DNA from: an uncultured delta proteobacterium
GTDB taxonomy: Bacteria; Myxococcota_A; Polyangia; Polyangiales; Polyangiaceae
NCBI GenBank assembly: GCA_963716725.1
Contig: CAVQUB010000015.1
Location: 128,001 to 192,000 of the forward strand
Reading direction: 5' to 3'
DNA length: 64,000 nt
Shown here: piece after piece, positions 38,721 through 51,213 of the stretch
How the letters are laid out: the number at the start of each line of letters is the position of its first letter
Numbering within the stretch: position 1 is the stretch's first letter
Translations under genes and position numbers: made by a program
Notes under the pieces: generated by a model
The model's input: the letters and a program-made list of their open reading frames with translations, nothing else
The model's database searches: none
What the model was told of the DNA's origin: nothing

Positions 38721-41186
38721 GTGAGGCGAGTCGGTGTCCCGCTGCTATTGCTGGCGCTCGCCGCGTGGAGCGAACCCGCGCGGGCGTTCACCTGGCCGAA
38801 CGCGGCCGAGTCCATCGCGAAGCAGCTCGAGAAGGGTGATGCGAGCGCGCGCCGACGTGCGGCGCGTCGGTTGGGCGAGCTGACGCCGGCTGCGCAGAAA
38901 CGGCTGATCTTCAAGGCGCTCGCGGACGCCGACGCGGAGGTACGCCTCGCTGCCGGCGAGCTGGTGCTCGAGCGGCGCGTGCGCGGCACCGGCGAACTGG
39001 TGGTGGGTTGGCTCAATGATCCCGAGCGCCGCATCCGCTTGGCTGGGGCCGAGATCCTCGCCACCGATCCAGTGGTCCGCGCGGTGCAACCCCTCGGCCG
39101 GGTGCTCGGCGACCCCGACGCTGCGGTCCGCTCCGCTGCCGCCGCCGCGCTGGGCGCCACCGCCTCCAAAGACGCCGTCTTGCCGCTGCTGGGGCGGCTC
39201 GACGACTCGGTGCCGCAGGTCCGCACCGCCGTGGTGCGGGCCCTAGCCCGCCTCCAGGATCCCCGGGCGGTCGTGCCGTTGATAGGCAAGATCCAAGACT
39301 CGCGTCCCGCGGTGCGTCGGGCGGTCGCCCGCGCCCTTGGGGAGCTGGGGGACACGCGCGCGTCGAGCGCCCTGGTGCTCGCGCTCCGGGATGCCGACGA
39401 AGGCGTGCGCATCGCGGCGGTCGAGGCCCTGGGCGTGCTGCGGGATCCGGGTGCGATCCTCGCCATTGTTGCCATCGCCGGCAGCGAGTCGTCTCCTGCG
39501 GTGCGCGGCGCGGTCGTGCTCGCGCTTGGGCGCATCGGCACGAAAGAGGCGCTGGACACGTTGCTGGCCATGATGCAGAGCGAATCGTCGGACGAGACGT
39601 TACGGCTGCTGTACCGCTCGCTGGCCCGGGCTGGTGCGCCCGCCCGCGAGCGGCTCGAGCGTTGCCTCGCGGGGCAGCCGCCGACTCGCCTGGCGGAGAA
39701 CTGCGCGCTCTCGCTGGCCGAAACCGGGCGCACCGAGAGCGCCCGCGCAGTGACTGGGGCGCTCAAGCGCGGTGTGGTCGGCGCCATCGCCGCGCTGACG
39801 GCGCTGGAGAAGTTGGGGGATGAGAAGAGCCTCCCGACGGTGCTCGAGCATTTGGCCGACGCAAATCCGTCCGTGCGTCGCGCGGCCGTGGACGCGGCTG
39901 TGGCGCTGCTCGATCCCAAGAAGCCCGACGGGCGTGCGGTGGACCCCATCGTGCAGGCCCTGGACAAGGCACGCTCGAGCAAGGCCGAACGGGCGGCGCT
40001 GGCCCGCCTCCTGGGGCGCACGGGTTCGCCTCGGGCAGTCAAGGCCCTCTCTCCGCTGGCGGACGCAGCCGACAACGTCGAGCTCCGCATCGCCGCCATC
40101 GATGCGCTCGGGATGCTGCCCCCCGCTGGGCAGGATCGCGTGCTGCTCTCGGCCCTGGAGGCCGATGAAGCTCCGGTGCGCCTCGCCGCCGCTGCTGCCC
40201 TTCGCCGAGCGGCCTCCGGGGCTGCTGCGCGCACGCTGCTCGACCGGCTCGAGCGCTCGGCTGAGCAAGATCGCGCCGCGCTCGCGCTGGCGCTTGGAGG
40301 CGCGCTGTCTCGTGCCAAAGATCCCGCGTTGCTCACCCGTGCCTACGGACTGATGCTGGCCAGTCGCGGCGGGCAGCGCGATGCGCTGATCGAGGCCATC
40401 GGCCACTTCCCGTCCAAGGACGCCGCGGTGTCCTTGGCGGCCCACGGTCGACAAAGCGGGGACGTCGCCGATCGGGCCAAGGTCGCGGAGGCGTTGGGCT
40501 CCCGCGCGGATGGGGTCGATGCGCTCCGTGCACTCGCGGCAGACGTCGACGGATCGGTACGCGCAAACGCCGTCTGGGGGCTTGGGAGTCGAGGCGGCCG
40601 CGCTGACCAAGCGGTGCTGCTTCGAGCCCTCGAAGATCGCGACGTGGCGGTGGCAGGAAACGCAGCCGCGGCGCTGGGGCGGTGGGGCAAGCGCACCGGG
40701 GTTCGGGTCGAGAAATCCCTGTGCGAACGCCTGTCGGACTCCCGCGCCTACGTGCGCGCCAACGCGATGGGGGCCCTTCGCGTGGTGGGCGCTCGGTGTG
40801 CCCAGGACGTCGAGGAGCGCCTGCTCGTCGAGGATCGATCCGACGTCGTGCGTCGCGCGGCGGCGGTGCTCATCGCCTCGGTTGCATCCGCTGATACGAA
40901 GCGCGATCGACGACTGCTCGACACCTGCGCGGCGGAGGATACGGACAGCTCGGTGGCGGCGACCTGCGCGAACGACCCTCCGAAACCTGGGAAGCTCACG
41001 GAGCCGGTGGTCGTGTACGTCGTACCGGTGGGCGAGTCGTCGCCCATTTCGCGCGCGCCCTTCGCCTTGGTGCGCGCTGACGGCCTGATGCGGCTCGGGC
41101 TCGCCGACCGCCGCGGCGCCGTCTTCGAGAGTGACGCCCCGTCGGGGGACGTCTCACTGGCCGTGCCCGCGCCGCTCGCGCGGTGA
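38721..41186 (+). CDS. Exported HEAT/PBS-lyase repeat protein
   Basis: Signal peptide; many D....VR.AA..ALG repeats. Confidence 0.88.
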   Translation: MRRVGVPLLLLALAAWSEPARAFTWPNAAESIAKQLEKGDASARRRAARRLGELTPAAQKRLIFKALADADAEVRLAAGELVLERRVRGTGELVVGWLNDPERRIRLAGAEILATDPVVRAVQPLGRVLGDPDAAVRSAAAAALGATASKDAVLPLLGRLDDSVPQVRTAVVRALARLQDPRAVVPLIGKIQDSRPAVRRAVARALGELGDTRASSALVLALRDADEGVRIAAVEALGVLRDPGAILAIVAIAGSESSPAVRGAVVLALGRIGTKEALDTLLAMMQSESSDETLRLLYRSLARAGAPARERLERCLAGQPPTRLAENCALSLAETGRTESARAVTGALKRGVVGAIAALTALEKLGDEKSLPTVLEHLADANPSVRRAAVDAAVALLDPKKPDGRAVDPIVQALDKARSSKAERAALARLLGRTGSPRAVKALSPLADAADNVELRIAAIDALGMLPPAGQDRVLLSALEADEAPVRLAAAAALRRAASGAAARTLLDRLERSAEQDRAALALALGGALSRAKDPALLTRAYGLMLASRGGQRDALIEAIGHFPSKDAAVSLAAHGRQSGDVADRAKVAEALGSRADGVDALRALAADVDGSVRANAVWGLGSRGGRADQAVLLRALEDRDVAVAGNAAAALGRWGKRTGVRVEKSLCERLSDSRAYVRANAMGALRVVGARCAQDVEERLLVEDRSDVVRRAAAVLIASVASADTKRDRRLLDTCAAEDTDSSVAATCANDPPKPGKLTEPVVVYVVPVGESSPISRAPFALVRADGLMRLGLADRRGAVFESDAPSGDVSLAVPAPLAR

Positions 41187-41250
41187 AGAGCAAGCGCACG
41201 CGCCTGGACCACGGAGTCTCACTGGCCGTGCCCGCGCCGCTCGCGCGGTG
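41151..41250 (+). repeat. Perfect 35-bp direct repeat with 30-bp spacer (duplicated gene 3' end)
   Basis: gtctcactggccgtgcccgcgccgctcgcgcggtg at 41151-41185 and 41216-41250. Confidence 0.9.
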
Positions 41251-41265
41251 GAGGCCACGGTCAGG

Positions 41266-42633
41266 TCACTTGCCGCTGGCAGCGCACTTCATCGCGCACT
41301 GCAGATCGCCTGGCGCGCAACCGCAGCCACCGCTCGGCTTCGGCTTGGGCTTCTCTCCGGCCGCCGGCTTCTCCCCGCCGGGTGCCGGCTTGGGCTTTTC
41401 GCCGCCCGGCTTGGCCACGTAGCCGCCGACGGGCTTCTTTCCTGCCGCGACGGGCTTCTTGTCTTCTTCGGCCGTCCCCGTTGCAGGAGGCTTGGCGGTC
41501 GACTCTTCGGTGGGCGTTGGGGCCGGCGTGGGGGTCGGCGCTGGCGCAGCAGTGGCCACGGCCGTGGGTGCGGGCGGGGGGGGCTGCGTCTTGCCCACCA
41601 CGACGATGGCCGCCGCGATGGCGATGGCGGCGACCGCGATGCCAGCCCCGATGAAGATGCCGGTCTTGCTCTTCTGAGGCGACGCCATGGGCATCGCGAT
41701 TTGCGACTCGACACCGCCGCCGAGGGGCGGCGCGAGCCCGAGGGGCGGCGCCATCCCGAAGGGCGATGGGGTGAGCTGCGCCATATGCTGCGCGGGTGCG
41801 TCTGACGCCGCCGTGAGGGCCTTCAGGTCGATCAGACCCGAGTCCTCTTTGGTGGTCGAAGTCCCGCCACCACCACCGCTGGTCGCCGCCAACGAAGGCG
41901 ACGTCGGGGCCGGAGCAGATGCCGTCAGCGCGCTGAGCGAGAAGAGCACGCTCGATTCGTTGCGCGCTCCGGTTCCCCCGGCCGAGGCCGAAGACGCGGA
42001 GGAGCCCGCCGGCGGTGCCGGCTCGCGTGCGCTGGTCGTCACGTCTTGTTCGCTACCGGCGGTCTCGAACGACGACCCGAACAAGTCGGCGGTCGAACCT
42101 CGGCTGCCACCTATGCGTGCGGCTGCGCGCGCCGCGCTCGGGACGTCCGCGGGTTTCGACTCCCAGGGTGCAGCTGCCGGACTCGCGATGTCGCTCGAGT
42201 GGATCAGATTGCTGGGGGCCGGGGCGGCGGCAGGAGCCGAGGCCGCGGAGTTGAGCGCGTCCACGAGCGCTGGCACTTGCCCGACGGCTTGCCAGTCTGC
42301 CATCCCGTCGGCCCACACGAAGGTCTCGGCCGTGAGCTGCCCTGAGTTGTACGCCGCGACCACCTCGGCGACCGTCATGGTGCGCTGATCGTTGTCGCCA
42401 AAGTCGACCGAGTACTCGCCGGCGTCCACGGTGGGAGCGCCCGCAGCGCTGGGATCTGAAGCGCCGACCTGGGACGCGCCTGCGTCACCCGCGGAGACGC
42501 TTGGAGGATCGACCTTGCCGTCAATGACGATCGTCGCGCCGCACTTCCGGCAGCGGATCTTGGCGAGCTTGTCTTGAACCTTTTCGTCTGCGATCGAGTA
42601 CTTGGCCGCGCAGGCGGGACACGAGATCTTCAC
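41266..42633 (-). CDS. Zinc-ribbon + GYF_2 domain bitopic membrane protein (AgmX/GltJ-like N-terminus)
   Basis: CPAC.AKY.I.D...CRKC; TFVWADGMADW; SVLFSL; SGLIDL; TM helix; Cys-rich tail. Confidence 0.85.
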   Translation of the reverse strand: MKISCPACAAKYSIADEKVQDKLAKIRCRKCGATIVIDGKVDPPSVSAGDAGASQVGASDPSAAGAPTVDAGEYSVDFGDNDQRTMTVAEVVAAYNSGQLTAETFVWADGMADWQAVGQVPALVDALNSAASAPAAAPAPSNLIHSSDIASPAAAPWESKPADVPSAARAAARIGGSRGSTADLFGSSFETAGSEQDVTTSAREPAPPAGSSASSASAGGTGARNESSVLFSLSALTASAPAPTSPSLAATSGGGGGTSTTKEDSGLIDLKALTAASDAPAQHMAQLTPSPFGMAPPLGLAPPLGGGVESQIAMPMASPQKSKTGIFIGAGIAVAAIAIAAAIVVVGKTQPPPPAPTAVATAAPAPTPTPAPTPTEESTAKPPATGTAEEDKKPVAAGKKPVGGYVAKPGGEKPKPAPGGEKPAAGEKPKPKPSGGCGCAPGDLQCAMKCAASGK

Positions 42634-42968
42634 GGTGCACCTGTCTGGGTTGCCCACCGCCGTTCGGTGGCGCAATCGCTTTTCCCATACATTATCAGGA
42701 GATACGTTCGGGTTCACATTTCGGTCTGAAAACCCGATCGGAGGGACCGTTGTACCACGCCCTGAGGCCCGGGTCCCACGGCACAATTGGCTTTTCTCGG
42801 CGGTCATCGTCCATTCTCCTTCGGACCTGCCGTGCCCCATTCGCGGGGCCGGCCAGCCCCTCCGACCTCAGCTCTCGCCCTCGCCTTGGGAAAGCCAGGC
42901 ACGAGTTTGGTTCGGCGCCGCGGTGGGCGCTTGTCCCACTCGGGTCCCGGCGCGTCGACGCTGCCCGG

Positions 42969-43601
42969 TCAGTGCATCTTCGGGCGGTCTTGGGCCACGA
43001 ACGACTGCACGCTCGGTCGCCGCCAGATTTCGCGGGCGTAGTCGACGAGGCGCGCGGGGACCGCGTCTCCGTTGACGATCAGCCGCTGCAGGGCCAGCGC
43101 CAAGTCTACGTCTGCCATGGTGACGTACGCGAAGATGGATCCCCCGACCTCTGGTACCAACCGCTCGGCGACGGAGAACAGCTTGTCGCGGGCCGCCAGC
43201 GCTCGTTCCGAGAGGGGGGTGCTCACCGGTGCGAAGAAGATGGCAGTGGTGGGGCGAGCTGCGCGCAGCTCGCCGAGATCGGTGCGCAGCCAGGCCATGA
43301 TTTGCCGCGCCCGCGCCCGGTCTTGGATCGAGTCCGGGTAGAGTGGCGGGAAGTCTGGGGCAGGGAATGCCTCCTCCAAGTACTCGACGATTGCCTGCGA
43401 CTCGGAGAGCACGAAGCCGTCATGGTCGATGCTGGGCACCCGCGCGGTCAGCGAGGCGTCGCGATAGCCAGGCGTCGACTGCTCTCCGGCCGTGAGATCG
43501 AGGGCGCGGGTTTCGAAATCGATGCCCTTCTCCCGGAGCGCGACGTACGCCGTCAGCACCCAAGGGCTGTCCCACATCGATTCGCCGTAGAGCGTGATCA
43601 T
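42969..43601 (-). CDS. yfcF: Glutathione S-transferase, YfcF type
   Basis: SPWV, SLTARVP, LSESQAI.EYL, RARARQIMAWLRTDL..LR..RPT. Confidence 0.88.
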   Translation of the reverse strand: MITLYGESMWDSPWVLTAYVALREKGIDFETRALDLTAGEQSTPGYRDASLTARVPSIDHDGFVLSESQAIVEYLEEAFPAPDFPPLYPDSIQDRARARQIMAWLRTDLGELRAARPTTAIFFAPVSTPLSERALAARDKLFSVAERLVPEVGGSIFAYVTMADVDLALALQRLIVNGDAVPARLVDYAREIWRRPSVQSFVAQDRPKMH

Positions 43602-43824
43602 CTCGATGCCGGAGAGTCCCGCGTCGGGTGCTGGACGGCAAGCTCGGCCATCGCTCCCCGCGAAAAGTGCGAGGGTGACGGCCCCGATTTGCTCGGCCAG
43701 TTGTGGGCGACAGCTCCGTGATCATCGCGGCGCGGAAGAGCCCCGTGTCGGGCGCCGGACGGCGAGCTCAGCCATCGCCCCCCGCGAAAAGCACCAGGGT
43801 GATGGCCTCGATTTGTTCGGCCAG
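43593..43824. repeat. Imperfect tandem duplication (~108 bp, 124-bp period) of the J-protein/GST junction
   Basis: 43593-43700 aligns ungapped with 43717-43824. Confidence 0.85.
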
Positions 43825-44316
43825 CTTCGGGTTGACGTTGCCGTCGAACACCAAGGCCTTCTCCAGCTCCCGCTTTGCCGCTTCGAGCTCGCCCTTTTCC
43901 AGCAGCTTGCCGGCCTTCTGAGCGGCGAGCTTGGCGCCGCCGGAGCGGGCCAGTTCGTCGAGGCCTTTGCTTCGAATGCTGACCGGGGGTTGGGTTTCGG
44001 CCCTGGGGGCGAGTGCCTCTCCCAGTCGGCGGATGCCGCGCTGCAGGCCCATGTCGTAGCGAATGCGAAGCTCACGATCCGCGAGCACGCGATGGGCCTC
44101 GGTGCCCCGTTGGTAGACCCGGCCCACCATGGCCTGAATGGGAACGGGTGCGTCTCGGAAGAGATCCGGGTGAAAGGTCAGGGCGAAATCCCGGAACGCT
44201 TCCCGCAGCGCTTCGTCGTCGCAGATCTCCAGCACCCCGAGGATCTCGTAGTAGGTCGAATCGTCGAGGACCTCGTTCCACTCCTGCAGGCGCTCGAGGT
44301 TCGCGCCGTCGTTCAT
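43768..44316 (-). CDS. J-domain co-chaperone with TPR-like C-terminus
   Basis: YYEILGV, FHPD, EAHRVL...RYD. Confidence 0.88.
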   Translation of the reverse strand: MNDGANLERLQEWNEVLDDSTYYEILGVLEICDDEALREAFRDFALTFHPDLFRDAPVPIQAMVGRVYQRGTEAHRVLADRELRIRYDMGLQRGIRRLGEALAPRAETQPPVSIRSKGLDELARSGGAKLAAQKAGKLLEKGELEAAKRELEKALVFDGNVNPKLAEQIEAITLVLFAGGDG

Positions 44317-47081
44317 GACATCATCGGCATCGCCGCCTGACGTGCGGCCATCTCGGCGACGTTGCCCATGTCCGGAACCGCCACCAAGCGCACGACCACC
44401 CGCGCCTCGTGGCCTGTCGCGACGTCCAGCGCGCGGATGTTGAGGATGCCGTCGGTGTCCAGCCCGAAGATGACCTCGATCTTCACCTGGCCACGCTGCG
44501 CCGGCCGGAGCCCCGAGAGTTCGACCTCGCCGAGCAGCGTGTTCTCCCGAAATGCTTTGGACTCACCTTGAGCGACGCGGACTCGCACGGTCGTCTGGTT
44601 GTCGGCGGCAGTGACGAAGGTCCGACTGCGTTCGCAGGGGACCGGCGAGTTTCGCCCAATCACCGGATCGCAAAACCCCTGAACCGTTTCGACGGTCAAG
44701 GTGAGCGGAGTCACGTCGACCAAGAGCGGCGTCGCCGGCCCGCCGGGCATCTGTTGGATCACCGGGGTTGGGGCGAAAGCGCTGGCTGCGCCCGCCGTCG
44801 CGACGCCCAGGGGAGGCGCCCAGGCCGGCGCGGCCTGGGCCGATTCCTGCGTTCGTGGAGCGCCCAAGGGCACGCCGAAGGGTGGAGGCATTCCCGGTGA
44901 GGACCCGCCCGTCGCTGAGGGGACTTCGTTCATCGGCGCGGTCGCCAGCGGCGCGCTACCCAGCGGGGCCGAGATCAACGTGCTTGGCTGACCGAAGGGT
45001 CCCGCAGTGGGAGTGGGTGCTCCGAAGGGTTGGGTCATCCGTCCGCCACCGAGCGCGGGCCCCGGCGAGGTCGGCGTCGTGAGCGACTCGGGGAGGCCGC
45101 GCATGGGCGGCGGCGGCGGGGCCGCGGGCATCCTCAGCGTGCCGCCCAGCGGCGCCTGGGCCTGGGGCGACGTGGCCGTGTCCATCGTCATGTCTTCGTC
45201 GTCGGGAATGCTCGGGAGCGGGAGCGCCCGCTCGTCGATGGACGCGCGGGAGCCGGGGCGTGGCCGGTTGACCTCGGTGACTTCGTCGGTCGACAGCGGG
45301 CCCGCCATGCGCCGGAGATCCGCGGTCGTCGGCACTTGCAGGGCGCTCGGATCGTCGTAGAGGATCTCATCGTCGCTGAGCCGATGAGCGATGCTCTCTT
45401 CCTTGAGCTTGGGCATCGGCCCGGTCCCTTGGGGCTGCGTCGTGCGGGGCTTCTGTGGGGTGCTGGCGTAGCGGGCGAGAAAGCTGGCGATGTGGCCGGC
45501 TTCCGCCGTCGGGTCCTCGAGGCCCGGAAGATTGATGGGGCCTCGTTCTGGAGGAACGATTTGACTGGGGCCGTCGCCGCCCATGCCTGGATCCGTCATG
45601 CGGCGTGCTTTGTCGGCGTCCGGCCCGAGCCCCGATCCGGTCGGGACGCGACCGCGCGCTCCGAGCCCCGAGACCGTGCCCGGAGGCTGGGTGCCCGGCG
45701 GCGCGCCGTCGCTCGGAACCACCACTCGCTGCGCGGCGCCGATCGGCAGTTGCCGCGCCCCGGAGTCGGCCTGCACCCCTGGGTTCGTCGCTTTGCGGCT
45801 GCGCCCGCCGTACGGCTCGGTGCCCGGCTCTGCCGAGGTGGGGGGACGCGCGACGCCCGGCGGCCAGGTCTGGCCCTTGCGCGCCATCGGACCCCGCGCA
45901 GCGGGCGATGGAGCGATGGGCATCTCACGCCGCCGCTCGGTCCCGCCCGTCAGCGCCGCGGCTTGGATGGCCGCACCGATGGCGACGACCTCGTCTGGAC
46001 TGACGTGGCCGAGTACCGGGCGTTTGAAGAAGCTCTCGACGTGCTGTCGCACCATCGGGATACGCGTCGAGCCACCGACCAGAAGCACTTGATCGAAGTC
46101 GCCGACGCCGATGCGCGCGATGTTCATGGCCTCGCGACAGACCTCGAAGGTCTTCTCGATGATCGGGCCCGAGAGCGCTTCGAACTCCGCGCGCGTCATG
46201 CGGAACTCGAGATCGAGGGGTTTGCCCCCGGCGCCGTGCGCGACTTCGGGGAGTCGAAGCATCACCTCGTTCTCGCGCGAGAGCCTTATTTTGACCTCCT
46301 CCGCCGCGGCCCGGAGCCGCTCGTAGGCCTGGCCGTCCGCGCGCGGATCGGTCTTGTGCTGCTGGAGAAACATGAGCGCCATGCGATCAGCGACGGCGAT
46401 GTCGATGTCATCTCCACCCAGGAAGGTGTTGCCCGCGGTCGCGAGGACCTCGAACACGTTTTCGCTCAAATCGAGCAGAGTGACGTCGAAGGTGCCGCCG
46501 CCGAAGTCGTACACGGCGATACGTTCATTGGCGGACTTGCCGTAGCCGTACGCCAGCGCCGCAGCAGTGGGCTCGTTCAAGATCCGCAGCACTTCGAGGC
46601 CCGCTACTCGTCCGGCGACCTTGGTCGCGGCCCGCTGGAGGTCGTTGAAGTTGGCGGGGACCGTGATCACGGCTTTCTCGACGGGGGCGCCCAACGCGGC
46701 CTCGGCTACCGCCTTGGCGCGGCGCAATACGAAGGCGCTGATCTCGGGCAGCGTGTAGGTCTGGGCCCGCGCGACGACGAGCGCTGCCTGACCGGGCCCC
46801 TCGCGCATTTCGAAGGGAAAACGCGAGCGCGCCTGCTTCACCTCTTCGCTGTCCCAACTCCTGCCGATGAGTCGCTTGATGGAGTAGACCGTGTTTGCGG
46901 CGTCCACCAAGCGGCGATCCTTCGCGGTCTTTCCCACCAGCACGTTGCCGCTCGGATGGAACGAGACCACCGAGGGGATGAGGCGGTTCCCGTGTTCGTC
47001 GGCGAGGGCCGCGGCGTGTCCGTCTTTGACCACGCCGACGACTGTGTTGGTCGTGCCCAGATCGATTCCGACTACCGTCAT
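44313..47081 (-). CDS. Hsp70 family protein with ~400-aa Pro/Gly-rich insertion and no lid
   Basis: [47 protein letters not shown] + SBD-beta. Confidence 0.92.
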   Translation of the reverse strand: MTVVGIDLGTTNTVVGVVKDGHAAALADEHGNRLIPSVVSFHPSGNVLVGKTAKDRRLVDAANTVYSIKRLIGRSWDSEEVKQARSRFPFEMREGPGQAALVVARAQTYTLPEISAFVLRRAKAVAEAALGAPVEKAVITVPANFNDLQRAATKVAGRVAGLEVLRILNEPTAAALAYGYGKSANERIAVYDFGGGTFDVTLLDLSENVFEVLATAGNTFLGGDDIDIAVADRMALMFLQQHKTDPRADGQAYERLRAAAEEVKIRLSRENEVMLRLPEVAHGAGGKPLDLEFRMTRAEFEALSGPIIEKTFEVCREAMNIARIGVGDFDQVLLVGGSTRIPMVRQHVESFFKRPVLGHVSPDEVVAIGAAIQAAALTGGTERRREMPIAPSPAARGPMARKGQTWPPGVARPPTSAEPGTEPYGGRSRKATNPGVQADSGARQLPIGAAQRVVVPSDGAPPGTQPPGTVSGLGARGRVPTGSGLGPDADKARRMTDPGMGGDGPSQIVPPERGPINLPGLEDPTAEAGHIASFLARYASTPQKPRTTQPQGTGPMPKLKEESIAHRLSDDEILYDDPSALQVPTTADLRRMAGPLSTDEVTEVNRPRPGSRASIDERALPLPSIPDDEDMTMDTATSPQAQAPLGGTLRMPAAPPPPPMRGLPESLTTPTSPGPALGGGRMTQPFGAPTPTAGPFGQPSTLISAPLGSAPLATAPMNEVPSATGGSSPGMPPPFGVPLGAPRTQESAQAAPAWAPPLGVATAGAASAFAPTPVIQQMPGGPATPLLVDVTPLTLTVETVQGFCDPVIGRNSPVPCERSRTFVTAADNQTTVRVRVAQGESKAFRENTLLGEVELSGLRPAQRGQVKIEVIFGLDTDGILNIRALDVATGHEARVVVRLVAVPDMGNVAEMAARQAAMPMMS

Positions 47082-47674
47082 GCTGCGTGTTCTCCGTGCT
47101 CGATGGGCGAGCGAAGGTCGGTCCCGCGAAGTTCAGGGTGTTCGTTCGAGATGTCTTCGAGCGCGCGATCGTACCAGTGCTGCACCTGCCGATCGAAGGG
47201 CCACATCCAGCCGTAGTCGGGTCCGGTGAAGCGACGCACGATCTGCGACCGCAACTCGGGGGCTCGGGCGGCAGCCAACCCGGCGAGCTCCGCCGTGGCG
47301 CGCAGGGTTTCGGTGTAGGCTTCCCACTCGATGCGCGCGCGGCCGTAGGCGAGGCCAAGCGGGAAGAACGGAACCAGGTAGAGGAAGGTCATCAGCGCGA
47401 AGCCGTAGCGACGGCGTTGGCGCAGATGAACGCGCTCGTGCCGCAGCACGATGGCGCGGTCGATGTCCGCCGTCGCGTCCCATGAGGCCGGGAGGTACAG
47501 GGTGTCTCCGATGACTGTGTGGTACACGCTCAAGTAGCCGCGCTGGCCCCCAAGAGTCACGATCCGGAGCGCGCCGTCGATAGCCCGGCTGAGCGCGTCC
47601 TGGCGCTTGTCGACGGTGCGAAACCTTGGAAACTCTTGACGAATTTCCTTGATCAGGGCGTCCGATAGCCGCAC
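47078..47674 (-). CDS. HExxH zincin-like membrane-associated protein
   Basis: LRHERVH, E.EAY; ATGA-coupled to Hsp70. Confidence 0.7.
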   Translation of the reverse strand: MRLSDALIKEIRQEFPRFRTVDKRQDALSRAIDGALRIVTLGGQRGYLSVYHTVIGDTLYLPASWDATADIDRAIVLRHERVHLRQRRRYGFALMTFLYLVPFFPLGLAYGRARIEWEAYTETLRATAELAGLAAARAPELRSQIVRRFTGPDYGWMWPFDRQVQHWYDRALEDISNEHPELRGTDLRSPIEHGEHAA

Positions 47675-47706
47675 CGCACGAGCTTAGCACCAATGAGGAA
47701 ATCGGC

Positions 47707-48675
47707 TTAGTTCAGGCAATCGCCCTCGCCGAGGGCGCGTCCGTTCAGCAGATCCGCGGCGCCGAGCTCCTTCTTGCCCTCGAGCTGGGCTCGGAGGACT
47801 TCCACGCTGCCGTCGCCGGTGGCGACCAAGATCTCCCGTCCGATGCCCAGAGCAATGGTGCCCGGAGGACCCGCGGCGCTCTGCCGAGAGACCGCCGCGC
47901 GGGTGAGGCGCAAGTGCTTGTCGCGGACGCTGGTGTGGGCGCCCGGGCGCGGCGCCATGGCCCGGATCAGGTTCACGATTTCCAGCGCCGAGGCGGACCA
48001 ATCAACGCGGGTGTGAGCCTTGGTGATGAGCGGCGCGTGGCTGGACTGGGTCTCGTCCTGAGGTCTGGCGGCGAGGTCTCCCGCCACAGCGCGGGGCAAA
48101 TCCTCTCGAACCACGACCGCCGCGAGGCTCGCCAGGCGCTCGGCCAGCTCGCCGCCGGTCTCGTTGGGGCCGATGGCTAGCGCCCGCGCCGTGAATACCG
48201 GGCCGGTATCGAGGCCCGCGTCCATTTGCATCAGGCTGATGCCCGTCTCGTGTTCGCCTCGGGCGATGGCCCAGTTGATGGGCGCCGCGCCGCGGTATTT
48301 GGGCAACAGAGAGGCGTGGAGGTTGAGGCAGCCGAGGCGAGGCGCGGCCAAGACGGCCTCCGGCAGGATCCTGCCGTAGGCCATCACCAGGGCGACGTCG
48401 GCGTCCTGCTCTCGAAGCCAACGCTCGAGCTCGCCCGTCCTGACCTTGGTCGGCTGATGTACCGGCTTGCCGAGGCGAGCTCCGGCCAGCTTCACCGCCG
48501 GTTCAGCCAATTGGAGGCCGCGCCCCGCTGGGCGGTCGGGCTGACAGACCACCGCAACGAGGTCGGTCGTTTCGTGCAGGGCCTCGAGGGCGGGCACTGC
48601 GATGGCGGGAGTGCCGAAGAAAACGCTACGAATGCGGGACACGGGTGCTGGCCTCTCAGGTGCGTCATCCAGCAT
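47707..48675 (-). CDS. fmt: Methionyl-tRNA formyltransferase
   Basis: FFGTP, QPDRPAGRG, AYGRIL, NLHASLLPKYRGAAPI, GLDTG. Confidence 0.96.
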   Translation of the reverse strand: MLDDAPERPAPVSRIRSVFFGTPAIAVPALEALHETTDLVAVVCQPDRPAGRGLQLAEPAVKLAGARLGKPVHQPTKVRTGELERWLREQDADVALVMAYGRILPEAVLAAPRLGCLNLHASLLPKYRGAAPINWAIARGEHETGISLMQMDAGLDTGPVFTARALAIGPNETGGELAERLASLAAVVVREDLPRAVAGDLAARPQDETQSSHAPLITKAHTRVDWSASALEIVNLIRAMAPRPGAHTSVRDKHLRLTRAAVSRQSAAGPPGTIALGIGREILVATGDGSVEVLRAQLEGKKELGAADLLNGRALGEGDCLN

Positions 48676-48766
48676 AGACGCGATCGGACGGAGTGCTTAG
48701 CTTGACCCGCGTGCCCGAACGTCACAAAAGTCGAGCGACCCCCTGCGTCGGGTCGAAAGGTACCCC

Positions 48767-51202
<2,436 letters not shown>

Positions 51203-51213
51203 TCGGAGCCGCG

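Noticed and set aside
41151..41250. CRISPR-like repeat-spacer-repeat
   Set aside because: Only two copies, one is coding sequence, and there are no cas genes or leader
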